From the NCBI GenBank assembly GCA_009859145.1, contig VRVR01000027.1:112981-176980 (forward strand): a DNA stretch of 64,000 nt, in the 5' to 3' direction. A program made the position numbers and the translations under genes. The notes under the pieces are model-generated. The model had not been told where the DNA came from and made no database searches. It saw only the letters and a program-made list of their open reading frames with translations. This stretch comes from Andalucia godoyi And28. Its lineage: Eukaryota; Protista; Jakobida. Within the stretch, counting starts at the first letter, position 1, and every line of letters starts with the position of its first letter. Positions 54,206-62,102 of this stretch are shown here, piece by piece.

Positions 54206-55717
54206 TCACACCGGTGGAAGCAGTGCGTGGGCTCCACCAGGACGATCTTGAAGATACGTGCGATACACATACACACCAGTGAGCGTAAAGGCAACGGCAC
54301 AGGTCACAGCAAGGATACCAAAAAACGGATCCAAGGAATCGACATCCCGCCACGGAACTTGGACGTTCATACCGAACGCCGAGGTCACGATGGTGAGTGG
54401 TAACATTCCTGTTGCGACAATTCCCAGCTTTTTCATCCAGTTATTCGTCACCTGCGAAGTTCGGGCAACTGCGATCGACATTCGGGAAAGGTAGTTCGAA
54501 TGGGCTTGGGTGAGCATTTCTCGCGATCGCTCCATCTTGTGCAGGCAAGAGCCAATGTGATCCTGCAAGTCCCGAAGATATAATCTACCATTGTCCGACG
54601 ATTCTTGGCCATACACTGGATACTCATGCTCGGAAGTTTCGACAGAGCCGAAGTTGTTTGCAGCGAAAAGATTTGCATGAGACCTTGAAGACATCAAGTC
54701 GCCATCCTGTTGTATATATCCAGAGGCCTTCCACTTCGCACTGGACAGCTGAGAAACGATCTTTTGTTTTCCGGTCAACAGACGCCGCAACATCACCAAC
54801 TGTTTCCGTGAATTGCTGATTCGCAGAAGCAGATCAGAATGCTCCGATTCTGAAAGTGAAAACACGAGTTCTTCGATGCACTCGCATTCACTCAATATTT
54901 GGTCCGTCAGTGGAATCGCCTCATCAACAAAAACATCCAGGACGGAGTACAAGATATCAAAAGGCTGATCAAACCTCTTGAACCGCAGTCGCGCCAGCAC
55001 TGTGCAAAAACAAGATATCGGTTCCGCATGAACTGTGATCACGATATGGTTCTTCAGGATGAAGTGCACGGGAACACAGTGCTCAAAGTCTTCATCCTGC
55101 AACCCATGGACAAGAACAGAGGAATGCGAATAGTTTTGGATTGGAAACGTCTCGAACTTTTCAACTTCGTCAAAGTCCAAGCAGTCTTCCATCGTAAGCT
55201 CATGCAGTGACAACTGGAGACCGAGAATTTGGAAATCAGAGCTATCCATCGTTTGTACATCAATCCAGTGACAAACTCTCGATGAATGATCACTTGTACA
55301 AGAAATAAGCAACTCGGAGTGAGCCTCCATAAAACTTCGGCACGAATCATGGAAAAGAGGTTCTGAAAACGACGAAGAAAGATACATGACGTGCAAACCT
55401 TTTGCCAGAAGTGTCGCAAATGTGTCGTCAAAATCAATTCCGCCGTAGTGCAAAACAGATGCCGAGGACTTGCGGCGGTTCATTTTCGGTGAGTGGCTGG
55501 AACACTCGGTCGTGGATGAGCGAAACGATGAAAGCGCTGGATTTTCATCATGAATTGCTTCTGTCGCCAGTCCTATGCTCAGAATGTCATCGCCAACGGC
55601 ACCTTCCACGGAGAGTGTTGCGAATCGCTGTGAACTGTTTCCAGAGGGCTCCGGAGAATATGCCTCCTCTCTATCGGTACCTGGACAACGGGCAGCCATT
55701 TCGGACTTGTATAGCAT
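54206..55717 (-). CDS. corA: CorA/ALR1-like Mg2+ channel, copy 2
   Basis: WIDV...LHELTMEDC, TSAFGMNVQVPW; co-linear with copies 1 and 3. ATG 55699 aligns with the copy-1 start (both TCCGAAATG). Confidence 0.92.
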   Translation of the reverse strand: MLYKSEMAARCPGTDREEAYSPEPSGNSSQRFATLSVEGAVGDDILSIGLATEAIHDENPALSSFRSSTTECSSHSPKMNRRKSSASVLHYGGIDFDDTFATLLAKGLHVMYLSSSFSEPLFHDSCRSFMEAHSELLISCTSDHSSRVCHWIDVQTMDSSDFQILGLQLSLHELTMEDCLDFDEVEKFETFPIQNYSHSSVLVHGLQDEDFEHCVPVHFILKNHIVITVHAEPISCFCTVLARLRFKRFDQPFDILYSVLDVFVDEAIPLTDQILSECECIEELVFSLSESEHSDLLLRISNSRKQLVMLRRLLTGKQKIVSQLSSAKWKASGYIQQDGDLMSSRSHANLFAANNFGSVETSEHEYPVYGQESSDNGRLYLRDLQDHIGSCLHKMERSREMLTQAHSNYLSRMSIAVARTSQVTNNWMKKLGIVATGMLPLTIVTSAFGMNVQVPWRDVDSLDPFFGILAVTCAVAFTLTGVYVYRTYLQDRPGGAHALLPPV

Positions 55718-56176
55718 TTTCAGGGGAAATCAAAGATGAGAAAACAACAACCGAGCAACCATTCAAAATCGACACGTAAGTTGGAGGAAGCAGTGGCCCC
55801 CGCTGCTCAGTCAAACAGCCGGTGACCTTGCCTGAGCAATCTGAGAAGATGTTCCAAATTTATCCATCCAAATTGGGATGGGGTCGTAGCTGCGTCGGCA
55901 TTTTCCCGCTGAAGGAAAAGATTTCGACCTCGCGCGCTCTTTCCGGCATTTTTTCAAAACTCTTTTGGATGACCTGTCACACCCGTCAAATCTTCACGAC
56001 ACCTCGTGACCACCTTCCATTTTTCTTTCCTCTTCTTCTTCGGTTGTGCCAGGCGAATTCTTGTTGCTCAAAGAAGTCTATCATATAAACAGAACATTCT
56101 GCTATCGCTTTTCTGTTTTTAGACCAAAAAAACCATAAAGATTCTCGATATCTTTCTTATATTCCGTCAGGTTTGA

Positions 56177-57496
56177 ATGAGTGAGAGCTGTGAAGAGGGT
56201 GTTGCGGAACCAGGATCCGGTTCTTTTTTGGGATTGCTGTTCCTGTGCATGTTCCTCGTTTGCTTTGCTGGGCTGATGTCTGGACTTACGCTGGGCCTAT
56301 TGTCTCTGGACAAACTGAATCTCAAGCTGCTTGCTTCCGCAGGAACTGAGAAGGAAAAGTACTATTCTGGCAGAATATTGCCGCTCGTGGAGAAAGAACA
56401 TTTATTGCTTGTGACGCTGCTGTTGTGGAATGCGGTGGCAATGGAAGCACTCCCGCTTGCGCTGGATAGGATTGTGCCCTCGTACTTGGCAATCATCATT
56501 TCGGTCACTGCCGTTCTTCTCTTTGGCGAGGTCATTCCGCAGGGCGTTTGCTCCCGATACGGGCTGATCATTGGTGCGTACGCATCGCCGATTGTTCGGT
56601 TTCTCATGGCCCTTGCTTTCCCGATTTCCTGGCCCATTTCGAAGCTGCTCGATATGATTCTTGGAAAATCGCATGCGGGATTCTTCCGCCGCGCCGAATT
56701 CAAAGAGCTGGTGCGCTTGCATGGCCAGGAAAACAAGCTGACGGGCGACGGAGTGTCCATTATCCGCGGGGCACTGGAGCTCCGAGAGAAGACGGCGTCC
56801 CAGATCATGACGCCGCTTGATTCAGTGTTCATGGCGTCTGCGGAGCGGGTGTTCGACAAATCGTTTCTCGACGAGTTGTATGAAAAGGCGCATTCTCGAA
56901 TTCCAGTGTTTGAAAAAGGGGATCGAAAAAAGGTCACTGGCCTGCTGATTGTCAAGACGCTCATCAAGTCTGCCGGACTGGCCTTCCCGGAGGATCCTGC
57001 GAACCACATCACCGTGGGCCAACTGCCTCTCCGAGAACCCTTGCAAGTTCCCGCACACATGCCGCTTGACCAGCTGCTGAACAAGTTTCAGCAAGGCCGT
57101 TCGCACATGGCACTTGTGTTTCAGTCGTTCGACTTGATTGGCGTGGTGACTCTTGAAGACGTGCTCGAAGAGCTCATTGCAGAGGAAATCGTCGATGAGA
57201 CGGACGTCTATGTGGATGTCCACAAGAAGATTCGCGTCGTCCGCGCCCTCGTGGACATCAAATCCAGTATATCGCCGAATGCAACGACCAACGCACCGAA
57301 ATCGGGGGGATGGAAGAAGGCCGGGAGTGCAAATCCAATGCTCCCCATTCGCAGACTCGCTGGCGAAGACGCATCCGACGGCGCCCCGTCGGGATCCAAC
57401 GAGATGTCTGATGTTCAGCCTTTACCCATGCCAACTCCCACGTCTAGCCGAAGTTCCCATTCCCATGTGCGCTTGCTGGACGATCAGGATTTTTAG
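56177..57496 (+). CDS. CNNM: CNNM/CorC-family (DUF21 + CBS pair) Mg2+ transporter, Mam3-like
   Basis: FAGLMSGLTLGLLSLD, LLVTLLLWNA..MEALP, FGEVIPQ, PISWPISKLLD, CBS motifs HSRIPV and QGRSHMALV...GVVTLEDVLEELI.EEIVDETD. Confidence 0.93.
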   Translation: MSESCEEGVAEPGSGSFLGLLFLCMFLVCFAGLMSGLTLGLLSLDKLNLKLLASAGTEKEKYYSGRILPLVEKEHLLLVTLLLWNAVAMEALPLALDRIVPSYLAIIISVTAVLLFGEVIPQGVCSRYGLIIGAYASPIVRFLMALAFPISWPISKLLDMILGKSHAGFFRRAEFKELVRLHGQENKLTGDGVSIIRGALELREKTASQIMTPLDSVFMASAERVFDKSFLDELYEKAHSRIPVFEKGDRKKVTGLLIVKTLIKSAGLAFPEDPANHITVGQLPLREPLQVPAHMPLDQLLNKFQQGRSHMALVFQSFDLIGVVTLEDVLEELIAEEIVDETDVYVDVHKKIRVVRALVDIKSSISPNATTNAPKSGGWKKAGSANPMLPIRRLAGEDASDGAPSGSNEMSDVQPLPMPTPTSSRSSHSHVRLLDDQDF

Positions 57497-58067
57497 AGTT
57501 CTGTCCCTGTCTGCAGGATAAATCCTATTTATTTGTTTCAATAAACGGAAGAAAATGGAATCATTAATTGTTTTGGTTTGCCAGCGGCAGTCGGTGTTCC
57601 CCTTGAAGTCATACTGGTTGAAGGTTGGCTTCCGTTTTCTTTTCTGTCCAGTGTTAGTGATGACGACTGTCCGATACCTAGGAGTATCGCCGATCCTTCG
57701 AACTACATGCAAAGACAATCGGAACAAATCGAGAAGTTGAATTGCGACATGGAGCACTCCCACGAGGAGAACGAGGAGGCGCCCCGACAAAAGGATGCAG
57801 CGCTTGCTTATCTTGGATGATGATGTCCGTGACCCAATTTATGCATCCAAGCTTGCGTAGGCCGTTGATCTGGACAAGAAACTTCACGCCGATGGACAAT
57901 AGACCCCATAATGTATCACGGATTTGTTCGTTGCTTGCTCTCTTTCGCTGTTCGGCCTGCTTGTGGTTATCCGCTTCACTTAAACTTTCCTCATATAAAT
58001 GCGGATCTCGCTGAAGAAATGCACAAGTTGTTGTGGCAGGACAATCGTGTACCGAGCGAACGTCACG

Positions 58068-59561
58068 TCACACCGGAGGAATCACTGCGTGCCCGGCACC
58101 AGGGCGATCATGGCCATACGTGCGATACGCATACGCGGCAGTGAGCGAAAAAGCAAAAGTGCACGTCGCGGCAAGGATTCCGTAAAACGGATCGGTGGAT
58201 TCGACATGCTGCCACGGCACCTGTACATTCATGCCGAATGCAGAGGTCACAAGCGTCAGCGGTAATACTCCTGTTGCAACAATTCCCAACCTCTTCATCC
58301 AATTATTCGTTGTTTGCGAAGTTCGGGCAACGGAGATCGATACTCGCGAGAGGTAGTTCGAATGAGAATGGGAAAGCATTTCCCGGGATCGCTCGATCTT
58401 GTGCAAACAGGAATTGATGTGATTCTGCAAGTCCCGAAGGTACAACCTTCTGTTATCCGAGGATTGTCTTCCGTGAATTGGATAGTCGTCTTCGGACAGC
58501 ATTTCAGAGGCAACGACATTGTTGGTCGAGACAAAATTTGCTTGTGAGTTTGCGGGCGGCCATCCCATATCCTGGTATGCAATTCCAAAGCATTGCCATT
58601 TTGAACTGGACAACTGGGAAACGATGTTTTGTTTTCCTGTCAAATGTTGTCGCAGTGCTACCAACTTTTTCCGAGAATTGCTGATTCGCAGAAGCAGGTC
58701 AGAGAGTTGCGATTCTGACAGAGAAAACACTAGGTCCTCGATGCTCTCACAGTCACTCAATACCGCGTCCGTCAGCAGAACTGCTTCATCGACAAAAGCA
58801 TCGAGAATAGCGTATAAAATGTCAAACGGCATATCGAATCCTTTGAAACGCAGTCGAGTTAGGACCGGGGCCAGACATGGGATGGGTCCCGAATGAACGG
58901 TAATCACTTTGTCGTTGAACAGAATCACATGAATTGGAGCACAATGTTCCAAATCATCATCTTCCCCCTGCTGCACAAGAATCGACAAATATGAATATCG
59001 TTGACAAGCGAAGGTCTCGCTTATTTCAACCACTCCACCGCTCATGCAATTTTCCATCGTCAGCTCATGCAATGACAGTTGGCTACCAAGAATTAGGAAA
59101 TCAGACCTATCGGTCGTCTGAACATCAATCCAGTGGCACTCTCTCGTCAAACGATCGAACGGACAGGAAGCAAATAACTCGGAGTGGGTTTCCGTAAAAT
59201 CTCGACATGAATCGTAGAAAGGTGGATCCACCAAAGACGAGCCAACGTACATGACGCGGGAGCCTTTTGAAAGCAGCGAAGCCGCAATGTCGCCACCATC
59301 AATGTCTCTGTTGTTCAGAACAGATGCTGCCTGGTGATGTTTCAGATTTGAACAGCTATTGGAAGGATCAACAATGGACAAGCAATTCGGTTCGGATGTT
59401 GCGTTCTCGCCGTGATAAGTATCGCCATCTGCACGCGCTCTCCGCTTGTTCCCTTCGCCAGCACATTCAGCAAAGAGTGTCGCGGAGCCTTGCGAATGGC
59501 TTTCCGAGGTATTCAAGGAATTGATCTCCACTCTATCGGTATCTGGGCGATGGGCAGTCAT
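58068..59561 (-). CDS. corA: CorA/ALR1-like Mg2+ channel, copy 3
   Basis: WIDV...LHELTMENC, TSAFGMNVQVPW. C-terminus YRTY..DRPG..HA..PPV is shared with copy 2. Confidence 0.92.
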   Translation of the reverse strand: MTAHRPDTDRVEINSLNTSESHSQGSATLFAECAGEGNKRRARADGDTYHGENATSEPNCLSIVDPSNSCSNLKHHQAASVLNNRDIDGGDIAASLLSKGSRVMYVGSSLVDPPFYDSCRDFTETHSELFASCPFDRLTRECHWIDVQTTDRSDFLILGSQLSLHELTMENCMSGGVVEISETFACQRYSYLSILVQQGEDDDLEHCAPIHVILFNDKVITVHSGPIPCLAPVLTRLRFKGFDMPFDILYAILDAFVDEAVLLTDAVLSDCESIEDLVFSLSESQLSDLLLRISNSRKKLVALRQHLTGKQNIVSQLSSSKWQCFGIAYQDMGWPPANSQANFVSTNNVVASEMLSEDDYPIHGRQSSDNRRLYLRDLQNHINSCLHKIERSREMLSHSHSNYLSRVSISVARTSQTTNNWMKRLGIVATGVLPLTLVTSAFGMNVQVPWQHVESTDPFYGILAATCTFAFSLTAAYAYRTYGHDRPGAGHAVIPPV

Positions 59562-59668
59562 CTTCGATCTTCATAATGCTTCACCAATAGCTGAAAAATG
59601 GACAACACGCAGAAGGGAAAAACAAAAAATAAGTCCACCCAGATCCTTGGACAACAAAATGAGCCGAC

Positions 59669-59850
59669 CGAAGTCGATTTTAGGCGAACTCGAGTTCGCC
59701 TAAACCCCTCCTATGCCAACACGAGTTCGCCTGACTTCTCACCCATGCGAACTCAAGTTCGTCTGATCGTTGCCCATGCGAACTCGAGTTCGCATGACCC
59801 CCTCGCTGCACCTAGCTATGCGAACTCTAGTTCGCCTAAAATCGACTTCG
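59669..59850. repeat. Array of five 16-bp palindromes (consensus GCGAACTCGAGTTCGC) bounded by 31-bp inverted repeats (MITE/foldback-like)
   Basis: Cores start at 59684, 59715, 59747, 59778 and 59820. CGAAGTCGATTTTAGGCGAACTCGAGTTCGC (59669-59699) is the reverse complement of 59820-59850 with one mismatch. Confidence 0.9.
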
Positions 59851-60288
59851 ATCGTAACAGAGGAACCAAAATTTCGGAATTTTACGGCAGCCTCAACAGC
59901 CACTGCTCTGTTCAACAGGTGTTTAGGCTTTCGAAGATGGCAACCTCTTCGTCCGACTCTGACGCGGCCTCCACTCTTGGAGAACCCCAGCTTTCGGTGC
60001 ACATAGGGCCATTAGATGCTTCGGGTATTGAACCACATTACGAGAAGCAAATGGACCATCCCCAGTCAAAGACTCCTCCATTAACGATGCGAGAATTTGG
60101 TAGTTGACGGATCGTTTTCCTGGAGAAAGAGGACCTGCCACAACAAGATGGCAACACTGTGAACCTCCCGCTGCATTTCTTCTAAAGTCTACCAGATTGA
60201 AGGGTGTTCGTCGTTCTTTTGGAATTCGCATGGTTTCTCACCATGCAAATTCGTTCTCACCTTCGAGGGTTCGTTCGTTTGTACATCG

Positions 60289-61680
60289 TTACGAATTGAT
60301 TCTTCCCCCTGTCAATATTAGGGAAGCAGCCAATCCGTATCCAACAATGAGGAGCGTGACCGAAAAGACATCAAACGTTCGAGTCACTTTGAACTTTTCC
60401 TTTCGGTTGTTGCGAATCTTCGAGTATGTATCGTACGAAGACACAGACTCTTTCCTGGTGTCGTCCGTGTGGTCCACAGGCGGCAATCGCATTTCGGATC
60501 CTCTGCTTGGTACCTGTCCCGTTTGAGCGCCATCTTTCAGCACCGGCAGTTCCCGTGCATCTCTTCTCACCAGATCAACGTTGTTGCCGCGAGGAGTCAA
60601 CCGAAGCAAAGGATTCTTTTCCATGGATGAATGACCCCTCGCCGAATCAGCTCGCCTGGCTTCTGCGTGTTGTGCTTCTGCAATCCGCAGCACCATCCGC
60701 GCATCCTCATCCCGCATCTCAAGAATGTAAAACAAGAGGTAGTTGACTGCGTGAACAGCCATGCACGCAAACACGGTCAGATACGAAAGCTGCATGAACG
60801 AGTCAATTCTTGTGCTGTATGCAACTTTTGGAAGATCCTGAGATGCAATGAACAAGTAGGAAATAATCGCCAAGAACACTGTAATCGAGCCCATCATCCG
60901 ATCGGCCTCATCGACTTCCAGCGCAAAACACAGGAACCCCATCATCACAAGCACCACGACACCAATAACAAACTTGGACAAGTAGTAGCCCGGATCTCTC
61001 TTCACGACGATTGCATACCGCAACCGAGAATACGAAGCCTGAAACAGCGTGTAATAATAATCGAATTCCTCGGCACGGTTGCCTTGAATCGTCCAACTCT
61101 GTACTTCAAACCCCGGCGGAAGCACGCCTGCTGGCGGCAGGTTTGCGGGCAGCACGACGAACTTCATCTGCTCATTTGCCCAAATCGCAGACTCTGCAAT
61201 GATGAAAATGGTCTGGATGTCGAACGGAAAGTCACGCAGATTGATGTCGACAAGAAAATCGCCCTTGAACCGGAAATCCGCTTGCACCCAGGGACCAGTC
61301 GTGTTCGGGATTTGTAGATCGCCCGCAGGATACCCAAGAAGAAGAGTGGGCTGCGAAGCATGCACTTGATACGGCGAGCTGATCGTCTGTTCTGGAGTCC
61401 CCACAACGTTGATCATTTCGATAAAAGGATTGAAATTGGTCGCAGGGTCATACTCCGGTGTCTGGTTATCAATCGTCGGGTTGTTCCAGAATACCTCCAG
61501 ATAGAAATCCGCATTGAACGTCTGCTCAACACCATTAATCTTCTGCAGCATGTTGAAATACACTTTTGTGTACACATTCAGCGGCTCGTAAGGCGGAGCG
61601 ACCTGCGAAGCAACACGCTGTATCCCCGAGAATGTCATCAGGCAGACAACTAGAAACCAGAAGGATGTCTTTCCGTGCAT
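60289..61680 (-). CDS. Pentameric ligand-gated ion channel, Cys-less (Pro-loop, GLIC/ELIC-like)
   Basis: Signal peptide from ATG 61680. Beta-rich ECD (TFNADFYLEVFW, LRDFPFDIQT), pre-M1 KRDPGYY, M2 DRMMGSITVFL, M2-M3 LPKVAYSTRID, long M3-M4 loop, terminal M4. Confidence 0.88.
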   Translation of the reverse strand: MHGKTSFWFLVVCLMTFSGIQRVASQVAPPYEPLNVYTKVYFNMLQKINGVEQTFNADFYLEVFWNNPTIDNQTPEYDPATNFNPFIEMINVVGTPEQTISSPYQVHASQPTLLLGYPAGDLQIPNTTGPWVQADFRFKGDFLVDINLRDFPFDIQTIFIIAESAIWANEQMKFVVLPANLPPAGVLPPGFEVQSWTIQGNRAEEFDYYYTLFQASYSRLRYAIVVKRDPGYYLSKFVIGVVVLVMMGFLCFALEVDEADRMMGSITVFLAIISYLFIASQDLPKVAYSTRIDSFMQLSYLTVFACMAVHAVNYLLFYILEMRDEDARMVLRIAEAQHAEARRADSARGHSSMEKNPLLRLTPRGNNVDLVRRDARELPVLKDGAQTGQVPSRGSEMRLPPVDHTDDTRKESVSSYDTYSKIRNNRKEKFKVTRTFDVFSVTLLIVGYGLAASLILTGGRINS

Positions 61681-62102
61681 TGCACAGCAAAGTACGTGAA
61701 CCAAAATTCCCAAACAAGAAACAGCGTAAACCAAAAAGGAGAATAAGTATCGAGAGGTTAACAACACAACTACACTGCAGGTTATGAACAAAAGATGTTA
61801 AAAGGAGAAGGCCAAAAAGTGTTGGAGACAGGGGGGAAAACAGCAAAGGAATCTCCTGTTGTTGACGTTGTTGAGTGCGTTCAGAACCTGTGATCAGTCG
61901 TGATCAGCTACGACCAGCGGATGAGGACGAGAGGTTCTGATTGCGCAAGATGGACTGGAGTCTGGAGGAAGAAGCAATCAGTTGATTGGTCTGCGTGGAA
62001 ACTGAAAAGCTGAACTCTTTCAAGTTTGACGGTGGTGCTGCTCTGTGAGGACATCGTCAGAAAATTGCATGCCAGCAAGATTGGTTCCCGAAAAGGAAAT
62101 CC

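Noticed and set aside
59669-59850. CRISPR array interpretation of the palindromic repeats
   Set aside because: The repeat is only 16 bp and the 15-26 nt spacers resemble one another (CT[AG]A...C[CT]AT). The whole is bounded by inverted repeats, no cas genes are present and the context is eukaryotic.
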